This document shows, piece after piece, positions 41,422 through 60,128 of a DNA stretch of 64,000 bases (positions within the stretch are counted from its first letter, which is position 1; each line of letters opens with the position of its first letter). This DNA comes from Lytechinus pictus (Eukaryota). The notes under the pieces were generated by a model that ran no database searches, was not told the DNA's origin, and worked only from the letters and a program-made list of their open reading frames with translations. The position numbers and the translations under genes were made by a program. The stretch spans positions 37,200,001 to 37,264,000 of the forward strand of contig NC_087246.1 in assembly GCF_037042905.1 (NCBI RefSeq). Reading direction: 5' to 3'.

Positions 41422-42073
41422 CTATTATCAGGAAATGTATTCTCATGACAAGTAATTCCCATATGTTCACAACCCAATATGAATTCTCATTATGAAGAAT
41501 TTTGATTTTTATTTCGTGATATCAAGAATTGAAATTTTGTTTTCAAGAGATGGGATTGAATGATTTAATGACTTGCCACATGCCATAATACTCTGGCTAT
41601 ATCATCTAGTATCAATGAATACTGATGGTGGTGGTGGTGGTAGTAGGACTCAAAATTTCAGACCACTTTTTCAATATCTACATCATTCTGACATTCAGGG
41701 GTAAAAATCAAACCATCAGAGAGATGTGCTTAACTTTGGCACAAACAACGTTGACAGTTCAACCTTTATTGCACATGACACTCCATTGAGGGTGCCCTGT
41801 ATTTCAAATTTCAAAATCTTCTCACCCTCAGAAGACGTCTACCAGTATACTGTTTAATTAATACAATTTAGAAATGTGAAATTGCTCTATACTTTGTTCA
41901 AATAAGTCTTTTCTCTACATTTTTTTTCTCCCAACATTAGAGAGTAGCCAATCTCCATATAAAACAAACACAGCAAAGCACACTCTCTTAACACTGGTTC
42001 TCCCCCATGCAACGTTTTTTGTGACATCATCATCAAACATATAAAGTTGTCATACAGAGGGATATATTCTTGA

Positions 42074-49190
<7,117 letters not shown>

Positions 49191-49926
49191 CTATGCAATA
49201 TTTAGTTTTGGTGATGCTTTCATCCGTAGAAGTCTCAGACCTGCAGACCTGGATATATCCACGATTAATCAGGATCTGAAAACAATAATTCAAAGCAATG
49301 TTAGATATATACAGTATAAATAAATATTAAACAATCATATCAGATCTTAGTTATATAAATGTAGATCTGATGATTATACCATAATTATAACATAATCCTA
49401 ACATACAATCAAATATTTACAATGCCCTTCAAAATGTTTGGGAACACCAATCACATTCATATAAGTTTGCAAACTTTTTTATTTTTCCCTAGAATTGTTT
49501 TTTCTTGTTAAGTAAACTTGTTGTACCACTATTTTGTGGAAATGTGGGCACCAGAAGGTACGAGTGGCAGCCCTGTTGTGTTGAGTGCATGGCATCAGAA
49601 AGTTGATAGTTGAGCATGACGGAAGGATGAGTTTGGGTGCGTGTGTCCTGCCATGAGATTTCATGCTGTTGGGCTGAGTGAGTCTTTGCTTTCAGAGAGG
49701 ATTATTTTTAAAAATAGGCCTATATGATTTTAATTGTTTTTTAGATTACGCAACAGACTCTTTATACTGCTGACTCTTCATTTGAAAAAAGAATCAAAAT
49801 TTTTAATATAATTAGAAAAAAGTTTTTCCTTTGAAATTTTGACGACACCGTAATTGATTGCAAATGCGATGGTCCGATAAATCAGCCAAATTAAAGCTAA
49901 AGAGTGCAGTGGTGAGTGGATCCCCG

Positions 49927-50121
49927 TCGATTTCATTTTTAAAGAATCCATTAAAAAAACGAGAAAAATGTTATGAAAAGATGGGAAGAGCTTACGGCCC
50001 TGTTTACTTCGCCATCTTGATTTCTTTGTCTTCCGCTTGGCGACAGCAGGCAAACCGCGCGATTTTTTTCATAACATTTTTCTCGTTTTTTTAATGAATT
50101 CTTCTTTAAAAATGAAATCGA
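49927..50121. repeat. ~53-bp inverted repeat with 86-bp spacer
   Basis: 49927-49979 is the reverse complement of 50066-50121, apart from a 3-nt indel and one substitution. Confidence 0.92.
49996..50060 (-). promoter_or_regulatory. Putative non-coding first exon and core promoter of SLC66A2
   Basis: CpG-containing patch with YY1-type CAAGATGGCG (minus strand, 50019-50010), followed by donor GTAAGC at 49995. Candidate acceptor TTTTCAG precedes 49275 and opens the ATG-containing exon. Confidence 0.6.
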
Positions 50122-50165
50122 TATCGCAGAAATGTCGTGAATGAAGTTGAACCCCATGTACATGA

Positions 50166-50320
50166 TTTAAGGCTAGATCTTTTAGAGGGAAAGTATAAAT
50201 CTCGGGGGCGAAAGTTTCTGGTTTTGTGGCCGTACTTGCATGACTATGCCTTAGCGTCCCAGGCTTCATGGGGAGTAAGCCTACGTAGAGTAGATGAATT
50301 TTACTCCCCAGAAGCCTCCA
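50166..50320. repeat. Direct repeat copy 1 containing a long hairpin (candidate structured RNA)
   Basis: About 91% identical to 51991-52146 (13 substitutions and 1 indel by hand alignment); hairpin at 50261-50317. Confidence 0.9.
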
Positions 50321-50810
50321 AGCCAGGCTAGCCCAGGGCAGGAGGGCCCTGCATAGTATACATCCACTGGTTCACCCCGACCATTCGCCATACAGAAAAA
50401 TGTACGGGGTGGGACTGATCTGAGACCAGTGCCGCTAACACTGTCATTTCTATGTAGGAACGCGCGAAGTAAAAGAGTCTGACTTACCAATTCTTGTGTT
50501 GACCCAAATGCAGATTTTGGTTCTACTTAAACAGGATTCCAATGCCCAATGTGTCAAATATCGTTCTTCAATTGAAGATTTCTTTCTAAATCGGGTAAAA
50601 TCATAAGGAAATTTTTCCTTATTCTCGTCTGGTCCATAGTCTCCTACGTAAGTATTTCAGCACGCCCTCTTGTGCTGAATAAAAGAAAGCTAGCCACTGA
50701 ACAGTGGCAACCACAGAGCTGGTTACAATAAGCTCCTACCTGTTTCCGGTGAAGCATAATAATAGGGAGCTCCGCGATCCGGGGACTGTAGTCTTTTTCT
50801 CACCTGACAC

Positions 50811-51037
50811 CACTAACGTACCTAAGGGGCAGGGAGGGCACACTGCACCCCCTGACGAGTCACAACTCATGCAAGGGACGTACCCCTGCCCTCCTGACAA
50901 GTCACAACTGATCCCTGTGACGAGCCACAAGTGGCCCCCTCTTTTGAACTTGAAGACCTTTTTTTTTTTTTTTTTTTTTCAAATTTTTTGGCGGACGAAT
51001 TTGCCCCCCCCCTTAAAAAATCCTGGGTACGCCACTG
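50811..51037. mobile_element. hAT-like MITE
   Basis: CACTAACGTACC...GGTACGCCACTG with perfect 8-bp TSD CCTGACAC; same family as 62439-62739. Confidence 0.88.
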
Positions 51038-51990
51038 CCTGACACTCAATATTTTGTTCACTATTTTTTTTTTACACAAGAATTATTGTTGTCACAGGCG
51101 GCGGAGGGGGGGGGGTACACATTCAATACCCCTTAAATTTCAGGAGGAGGGGAGAGTTCCCCTTAAGAAATAAAGAAAAAAAAAAAGAACAAAGACTGAG
51201 AAAAAAGTAAGAAATAAAAAATCAAAAGAATTAATTTACGCTCAAAAGAAAAAAGAAAGAAAGGGTAAGGGAAGAGGAAAACAGACAAATGATGCTCTGG
51301 ATACAGTACTAGAAATATTATAGATAAGCCCCCCAAAATAGCCATTTGGAGTTTTTGGACTTTTTTATTCTTTAAACATGTTTATCTAGACGAAACAAAA
51401 TTGCCAATCTGTCGAGGCTATCGAGACATGTTTACCAGAATGCATCACGAGTAGTGTTTCATCCATCCGGGTGGATGAACCTCTATGGCTTCGTGATATT
51501 TTTTTTCTTTTTCGATTTGTCACGATCAAACACCATTGAACGAACCAAGAGTAGTGACGGTCACCGGAGGTGGAAAAATCTGTGAGTTTTTAGTCATTTT
51601 TCATATTATTTTCAGCAATTAGATCATATTTGTTATATAAATTTATGTCAAGTATCACACTTGATCAAGTTCGATAAGGTCATGATGTTTGGGTGAGGGA
51701 AGAGGAGGAAAATAGTCGATGCTTTTTTTGGCCATGCTAGTGTATACACACGAGAACGAGGTTATATTATAACCTCGTTCGTAGGATGAGTGTATACATC
51801 CAGATCCAGAAAAAATATCATGATCATGGAGTCTTCAAGGCTAAGTTTGTCAAAGTTATTAAAAATCTCACATACCGGCAGACTAACTTACTAGGATGGG
51901 GGGTCGGGTGTCCGGACACCATATTTTTGAAGCCTTCTTTTTTGTCTTTCTTTGGATTACACTAAAGTAAAGACAAAGTTGAACCCCAGT

Positions 51991-52146
51991 TTTAGGGCTA
52001 GATCTTTTAGAGGGAAAGTAGAAATCTCGGGGGCGAAAGTTTCAGGTTTTGTGGCCGTAAGTGCGTGAATATACCTTGGCGTCCCAGGCGTCAGTGGGGA
52101 GTAAGCCTACGTAGAGTAGGTGACTTTTACTCCCCAGACGCCTCCA
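51991..52146. repeat. Direct repeat copy 2 containing a long hairpin (candidate structured RNA)
   Basis: Paralogue of 50166-50320; hairpin at 52086-52143. Confidence 0.9.
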
Positions 52147-54169
52147 TAAGTTGAGGCGTTGCCCTTCTCAACTCCGCCGACTGCGGCGGGGGAGCTCCTC
52201 ATCTTTTGACCGTCGACCCACTCAAAAAATGACTCACCAATTGAGCTGCCAATATTTCCCGCTTGCATTCCTTTTAGGCTTTAGTTTCTGTTCTCCAGAA
52301 CTTCCAGAAGTATTAATTTAATTGGTGTGGATCCTTGTTATGTATGTGGCATCAGTCGATATTCTTTGAAATACATTCGATCCGACGTGATATCTTGCTA
52401 CTTTTTGCCACGCAATTGATGCACACGTATCATTTTATTTCGATTCATTCCGAGATTTTGTAAACAAAGATAATGCCACGCCTAATGAGTTTGAAACGAT
52501 GAGGGCGACAAATGGTTGGTTGCAGAGTTGGTTGGTTTTTTTCTTTCTCTTAGACTAGTAATCTTTTTTATTTATAATGACAACCCGCATAACCATTTAA
52601 AAATAATTATTGAATTTTTTATTTCACTTGGTGAGTTGGGAAAATAAGATTAAAGAACATCAACAACAAAATTTCAGCCATCAAACTTCTCATATGGGGA
52701 AGTATTATTAACAAAAAAATTGGGCAAAAATAATGAATAAAAATGTAAAATGTCATTATAGGCCCACCAAGCCGCCCGACTTTGTGGTCAGATTATTTTC
52801 CCCTTTTAGGCCTAACGTATAGGCTACTAGAATTTGATTTTTTTTAGCTAATACCTTGTATCTTCGGGCGTAGGACTAGTCATAAGCCCCGTGGGGTGAT
52901 TAGGCTCTTTTATACAGCATATAATCTCTAAATTATATACATGTAACACCTTCAAAATGTGTTTGTCGGGGATGCCGAGGGGTAGGGGGTAGCCTACGCA
53001 CCTCCGACCCCAATCTCCTGAATGAGTTAAACACCTGCGTTGATCAGAATGACTGAGGAGAACCACAACCCCTAGCAGGTGCGGATAAAAAATAAAAATA
53101 ATCACTCTTTAATGAAGCTATTTTGAGTTCTTTCATTTTCTGTCTCTCTCTCTCTCTCTCTCTCTCGTTTTTGTTGCAATTTTACGGGCTGCACCTTTAA
53201 CCGACGCCCGCACCTACCCATCCCCCCCCCCCCCGGCTCTGGCCATGCCTAAACACCACGGAGCTGTTGTAATAACTGATTTAGACCTTTTTGGGGGGGA
53301 CTATACATGAATAGGCCTACACGGGATCTAGAAATGAACGGACTTTGGACCGTTTTGACGCAGAAAGTTCGAAGTCCAAGTGTACAGTTAAACATTTTGG
53401 AATAATCTTGATGTCCAGTTAAGTCTGAAGTCCACACAATAGAGACTCTCATTGTAAATAATCGACAAGAGTTATAAGCGATATTACTTGTACATGATGA
53501 TTTAATAGAAACATTAATTTCAATGAGGCACGTTAATGTATGATATTTCATTTGCATTTTCGTCATGATCATCGGGATAGCCCACAAACAATTAAATGTC
53601 ATCCGACAGACGGGACCTGGAAACGCTTTTTTGAACAAGGGGTGCTTGTTTGACACACTATTACAAGCAAAAACCGAGACAAAACAAACAAACAAAAAAA
53701 TTATCGCTCCAAAATGAAAGTGCTTTTAATTAAACTTCTTTATCAAATTCTAGCATACCAAACCTAATTTCCAGCTGGGATGCTGCCTATGGTGTACAAC
53801 AATATTTTACAGCACCCTAGAAAAATTGGGAGAGGGGGCTTCACCCACAGCACCTCCGCTTCCCAGGGCCATGTCATCTGATAAATTGAAGTGAAAGAAT
53901 GCCAGGTTCAGTTGACCAGCACATGTGCGTTATGGGTATCAGATATAGGCCTATCTTTCATTATGAGTTGCAATTATTTCCTTGTCGTATTTACTAATTG
54001 GCGGTCAGTTATAATGCCTATTTTCTTTGTTCCAATGATCGATCCATAAAGTGCGTTACACGTACCTCAGTCAGGGTCAGGTCTGATGGTCAGGGACAGG
54101 CCTGATGGTCAGGGTTATCCAGCACAAAACGTCATCATACAACGGTAGGGCTCTGTTTGATAATTAACC

Positions 54170-55687
54170 ATGGACGGGGAGATTCAATCGACAGGCCAAA
54201 GAACTCGTAATTGCCTTAGAAACATTGACAGCAATGTCGATCAAGAGGATGGTGACGATAAAAACATCGTCCAGCTTCGACGCAGCCTCAGCGTCTTCGA
54301 CGGTATCATGATCAACGTCGGCATCATGATTGGTACCGGAATCTTCATATCGCCCAAGGGGGTAGTTGCCGGGGTAGAGAGCGTCGGGGCCACCCTCTGT
54401 GTTTGGGTGGCTGCAGGAGTCATCACGCTCCTGGGTGCACTATGCTACGCCGAGTTGGGCACCACCATCCCTGCATCAGGGGGCACTTACACCTACATTC
54501 AAGTTTGCTTTGGAGATTTTGCAGGATTTATCAACTTCTGGGCGAATGCCGTTATTGTTTCGCCATCATCGAACGCTGTCGTTGCCTTGATGTTTTCAAT
54601 CTACTGCCTTGAACCTTTTTACCCGGACCCGGATTGCCCACCTCCGAAGATGGCCATCAAACTCTTTGCAATCTTGAGCATTTCGTTCACTATGTTTCTC
54701 AATTGCTGGAGCGTCAAACTTACGACAGTCTTACAAAACACTCTGGCGATATGTAAACTGATTCCACTGTGTATCTTACTCATTAGTGGTATTGTGAAAA
54801 TTGGCATGGGGAGCACTGAATACTTCGAGGAATCCTTTGCATCGACCGATGTCAGCGGGATAGGCACGGCACTTTATTCCTCTCTGTTCGGCTACGATGG
54901 TTGGCAGTCGATCAACGTCATAACTGAAGAACTTAAGAACCCATCAAGGAATCTTCCACTTTCCTTGATAATCTCTATATCGATAACATCCTTTGTGTAC
55001 ACTCTGACCAACGTTGCTTACTTCACCGCTCTGTCTCCCTCAGGGTTGGTAGCTTCTGACGCTGTAGCCTTCAGCTACGCACATCTCGTCCTTGGAAAGT
55101 TTGCAGTCATAATCCCCATCACGGTCGTCCTGTCAACCCTAGGTTGTCTCAACGGATCAATCCTATCCTCATCCAGGGAGTTCTTCGTTGGAGCTAGAAG
55201 AGGACACCTACCCCGTTTCCTATCAACAATTGGGATTCGCCACAAGACACCCATTCCTAGTGTCATTCTAAACTCCATCATCACCATAACCTGGTGTTTC
55301 GTAGATAATGTCTTCACCATTATCAACTTATTTAGCTTTGTCCAGTGGGTCTTCTTCGGAAGTGCAGTCACCGGTCTGATTTATCTGAGGATCAAAGAAC
55401 CAAATCGTCCTAGACCTTTCAAGGTCAACATCATCTTCCCTATTATATTTGTTGTAGTGTGTATCTGTTTAACAATCCTAGGATTCATCGGGGCACCCGT
55501 GGATTCACTCATCGCAACTGCGATCATCATAAGCGGTATCCCCATATACTTTGTGCTTGAGCATCAACCGAGCCCTAGAGGTAAATGGGCGAAGGGCATG
55601 AAGAGGAATATATTAGTCTTCTTACAGAAACTTTTATTTGTTTCACCAGAAGAACTTAAGAAACATAACAATTTTCATCTAATTTGA
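54170..55687 (+). CDS. Intronless SLC7 L-type/heteromeric amino-acid transporter light chain (b(0,+)AT/y+LAT/LAT-like), 505 aa
   Basis: Single ORF with IGTGIFISPKGV, GALCYAELGTTIPASGG, extracellular Cys (PDCPPP), LFGYDGW...TEELKNPSRNLP, GARRGHLP, TPIPS and PRPFKV; about 12 hydrophobic segments. Confidence 0.95.
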   Translation: MDGEIQSTGQRTRNCLRNIDSNVDQEDGDDKNIVQLRRSLSVFDGIMINVGIMIGTGIFISPKGVVAGVESVGATLCVWVAAGVITLLGALCYAELGTTIPASGGTYTYIQVCFGDFAGFINFWANAVIVSPSSNAVVALMFSIYCLEPFYPDPDCPPPKMAIKLFAILSISFTMFLNCWSVKLTTVLQNTLAICKLIPLCILLISGIVKIGMGSTEYFEESFASTDVSGIGTALYSSLFGYDGWQSINVITEELKNPSRNLPLSLIISISITSFVYTLTNVAYFTALSPSGLVASDAVAFSYAHLVLGKFAVIIPITVVLSTLGCLNGSILSSSREFFVGARRGHLPRFLSTIGIRHKTPIPSVILNSIITITWCFVDNVFTIINLFSFVQWVFFGSAVTGLIYLRIKEPNRPRPFKVNIIFPIIFVVVCICLTILGFIGAPVDSLIATAIIISGIPIYFVLEHQPSPRGKWAKGMKRNILVFLQKLLFVSPEELKKHNNFHLI

Positions 55688-57323
55688 AATCAAAATAGTT
55701 TCGTCACCCATCTTTGCATAATGAATGAAAATGAAATGGATAAGACAAAACGACCATAGACGAAATGGTGATAAGACGAAGTGATGATTGGGCCATTATG
55801 GTTAATGTACCAAATGGTTGTTAGACGAAATGTTGATGGACGGAATGGCATTATAGACTAAATGAAACTAGACCATGTGGTGAGTGGATGAGTTGGCAGT
55901 AGACGAATTGGCAATTTACCTTTCTTCTCTCAACTCATTGTGTGGATGTTGATTCTAACTCCTAAAACTGAGCAAACATTCTGTGATCCCTTGAGAAAAG
56001 TAGTTAATATAGTTCATCCCAACCAGATCAAAGACAATCACAATAATAGTATAATGCGGAACACAAAAGAACTCAGAATGATAGGTTTGGGACCCCAGTG
56101 AAGCACAATTGTTAACGGGTCCCTTAACTATAGCAAGGGGTGCAACATTTACAATGAGAGTAACCTTCGAACTAACGATGCAACAATTAGGCCTGAGTCT
56201 TCTCCTGAATATACCATCATCGCATCATTTTATTCAATCCTTAACCTAGTTTTATTATCAATTTGGATCAAGCTAATAGAGTTTTCATGTCATGACCCAA
56301 TTAAGGTATTTAAAAAAAATTATTAAATACTTCACCCTATAAAGATATGCATTTTGTGACAAAATCTTTGTAGATTTATTCACCAACACATTGGTTATTT
56401 TAACAACCCCTTTGGTAGATATCTGATATTTATGCATTCGATCTGTATGTCTTACTTCTCGATGCTCTACCCATGTAGTAAGTACACTTGACGAATTCAA
56501 CGACTAACACATTCAACCCAACTTCAAACTGTCAAACATGGTATTCCCAACAGTACCATTTGGTCTAAACTTGTCTATTTTTGTCGAGTGAAAATTGTTC
56601 GAGCTTATTCTGTTTGAGTGATAAAAGATTACCCTAGATTTGGTGACTTTTCGGCCCATGAAATTCAAAATATAAATAGTGTCTTATGTTACAAGAGTTC
56701 AGCGATCGAAATAATGTATAACCACTGTCGGGGCTGCGGAACGGTTTTGAAAGTGTGGGTGGGGATGGGGGCTGACCATGCAAACAATCAATCGGATGGT
56801 CATTTTTACGTTTTTGTAAGCGTTTTCTGAAAAAAATGGAGGAGGGCTGCGGCCCCGAGGTATTATTCCTTGATTTACTTATTTTCCCTATAGACTATGC
56901 GGTCTCTAGTACTTCGCCCTTGAACAATGAACGTGATATTGGGTGGAAATGAAATAAAGTAAGCAACGCTTTGACCTCTATCATGTCTATGTCGCAGCCG
57001 ACAAAAGGAAAACAATTAACCTGTCACCAAACAAATATGTTTCCGATTATAATTATGTGGTATATATAAAATGGTGTTGGTTTGGCAGGGGCTTAGGAAC
57101 GATTTTTAGCACTACCCCCACACCAAAAAAAATTAAGGTTAACCTTAAAATAAAGGTGATTTTTGTCTTAAAAAATGGAAAGCCCCCCCCCAAAAAAAAA
57201 AACATAATTTCCAAGGGCCATGTGGTTTGGAGTCGATCAGTTTTGTTGTTACTGATGTGGCATCTGGTAATGTAATGGCATCAACCCCCCCCCCCCCACC
57301 TTCTCCCCTAGTGTGTATAGATC

Positions 57324-57630
57324 ATTCTGTCGCTTGCCTGACCTCAAGCTGAGGACACATCTGTTTTTTCAAGGATCTCGCTGGTCAAAAGAGTCTGTCA
57401 TCGTGTTACATAACAGCGATAACAGTCTCTCTGTCGCGTGCGACCTTACCTGACCTCAATAGCTCTATGATCTGACGATAGAACTGTTTTTGCATGCATC
57501 AGTCCAGTGTCTCACTCGTCAAAAGTGTCTGTCATCGTATTACGTAACAGCGATAACTACATGTAGTCGTTCTGTCGCGTGCGACCTCACCTGACCTGAA
57601 GTTGAGGATAGTAACTGTTGTGCATGCAGG
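57324..57630. repeat. Tandem repeat, ~2.5 copies of a 105-140-bp unit
   Basis: TCTGTCGC...CCTGACCT recurs at ~57326, 57430 and 57571; GTCAAAAGWGTCTGTCATCGTRTTACRTAACAGCGATAAC at 57384 and 57518. Confidence 0.85.
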
Positions 57631-57870
57631 CTATGTATGATTGATAGGCCATTCGCTATGATTTATATAAACACAAGCGGAGGACGTTGCTCTTCACAGC
57701 TCAGTCACTCTCATCCGAGAGAGCACACAGCGTGAATACAGAGATTTTTGAAGAGCATGCATTTTTGTTAGAGGTGGCAAATTAGTGCAAGCCTAATGTG
57801 TTATTTTTATTCCAATATCACCCATCCTTGATTAAACACAATTTGATCCAATTAACCTCAACGATGACAC

Positions 57871-58071
57871 GACATTTGCTCCTGCGACAATTGCTCCGGT
57901 GTTAATATCTCAGAAGGTATAAGATTAGAGTTAGGATTGTAATAGAGTTTTTGGTTCAAAATAATGTAAAGATTAGGATTAGTGTTTATTTAGTTTTGGA
58001 GGTTAGATTTTATGTTTTGCTTAATGTTGTTCCATCGGAGCAATTGTCGCCGGAGCAAATGTCATGGAACC
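57871..58071. mobile_element. Palindromic MITE
   Basis: GACATTTGCTCCTGCGACAATTGCTCCG...CGGAGCAATTGTCGCCGGAGCAAATGTC. Confidence 0.75.
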
Positions 58072-60128
58072 ATTTTAAATCGTCAGGTCGGCGAGATAGG
58101 CGGGGCTATGATCGACAGGGAGGACCATCACCCATATTTATTGTTAAAGAATAGTGTAACACTCTACGGTGGTTTATATATTATATATATATATTTGTAG
58201 TTGTGGCAAGATAGCGTTCGATGGCGTAATATATGCTAATGTTACTATGAATGAAGACACAGTAAACAATGTCGAATAAGTTCCAATATATTTAGACTTC
58301 CTTTCTTGATGGTAGAAAGTATTAAGAAACTGTAGATGCACAAATATGAACTATCGATAAGTATATATTAAAGTGAAGTAATATGTATAACAATATATGA
58401 ACGCTCTATAGGACCCCTGGACTTGATGTGGGGATCACATTGTTTCTTAGACCAGTTGACTCATAATATTTCTGGATAAGAAGGAAATGGTTGTGTTTAT
58501 GAAGACCACAGTGAGTGAAAGTGAGAGAGACTGGGAGAGGGAGGGGAGGGGGAGAGGGGGGGGGGGGGAGAGAGGGGGGGGGGGAGAAACAAGTATGAAG
58601 AAGAAACCTTGAGCATGTCAAGTCCTTAATGGCCATTTTCATGGAGGAAGCCTTGTGAGTGTGACGTACCATTCGAAATATAGTCTTGGAGCCCACCGTG
58701 CGATTCCATATCCCCAATTCTGTAGACCACGCCTTCTTCTCTCGTCTCTCCCCATCTCCCGATCTTTCTCCCCTTATCTCTCACTTAAACCAAACCACCC
58801 TGTTTCTTTCTCCCCTCCTCTCTCCCTCTTCTCCCAGTCTCTTCCGAATTACTTCTTACTTGTCTTTCTTCAAGGAGCTTGAAGCACTGTTCGAACTACG
58901 ATTCGTCGCCCTTTTACTAACTATTCATCATCTTTCCAGCCACTGATTTTATTTCTTCATCAGTGGCGGCACCAGGATATTTTAAGTGGGGGAAGGGGGG
59001 GGGGAGATAAGTGGAAAGCTAAGAAAATGTTTGGGGCAAGGGCGGACAAAAATATCCGAGAAAGTATTGGACTTTGAAAAATAGTATTTTTAGAGCACAT
59101 GACAGCATTTACCGACTACTGAGTTACATTTTAAATTATTCCTTTATAATGATAGTAATGATACCGGTGACGATGATAATGATGATGTTGCTGATAATAA
59201 TATTGATAATAATATAATACAAAATAACAATGATAATAAAAAATAATAATACAGATAATAATAAGGAAATTACGCAATATTCAATATTCAGGTTGTCTTA
59301 ATCACCCCCCTTTAAAAATACCCAGGGGCCGCCCCCAAAATCAGATTTTGTATAATTTATTACCATGGAAGAAAACAGAGAAAGAGGGAGGGGTGAAAGA
59401 TTTTACTTTTAGTCATTGGCAGAAGGAGCCAGGAGAGAGAGGAGGGGGGCAGTGTGTGTGTGAGAGAGAGAGAGAGGAAGAAAGTGTGAGAGAGGGGAGG
59501 GAGAGAGAGGCAAAATAAAACGAAAATTAGATGGGAGCGATGGATCTTCCACAGAAAGAGCAGATGCGAGCCATGAGTCGCTGCGTTCAGGAGAAAGACT
59601 GGTATCCGAACACATCATCAATTCAAACATGTGTTCCTCATTTCCAGAAAAGAAATCTATTATGAACACACTGATCATGGAATAGTCACTAAATGTCAGA
59701 AGACAGGCTAGTTATTGGGAATTTCATGTTCTCTTTTCGAGGTAAATTCTCCATGGACCTAGTAGATCCACGGTTTCTTGGACTTCTCAGTGCATTGGCA
59801 AATATTTTTTTGGTTGCGGCAACGTAAGCTGACATGGATGCTGGAGTAAGCATGGATATACATAGTTTGGAAAAAAGAAATAAACTTAAAGTGCAATGAA
59901 TTTTGTTGTTAGTAACCAGGCCAAACTTTTCTTCAATGATCTACTTTAAGTAGTGCTTTTCATCAAATTTGTCTTTAATGAGGAAAAATTGCCATTATTA
60001 TCGATTTACAATCGATTTTATTCGCAAAGCCAAACTGGCGGAAAAGCTCTGACAGGCCTGGATATGGATCGCATCTTTTAAACTCTTATACAAAAGAAAG
60101 AAAGAATATCAATCAAATCCTAGTGAAA

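Noticed and set aside
50166-50530. RNase P/MRP, U3, U12, U17/snR30 or telomerase RNA identity for the structured repeats
   Set aside because: Only scattered short look-alikes (GGGAAAGT, TCTGAGAC, TTCCTACA, ATTTTTTGAG). The required conserved boxes, spacing and telomeric template are absent.
53249-53695. 148-aa minus-strand ORF
   Set aside because: Non-ATG start, no recognisable motifs and no supported splice partners.
58530-58585. G-quadruplex-like purine tract
   Set aside because: G/C homopolymers and GA tracts are ubiquitous in this window; nothing specific.
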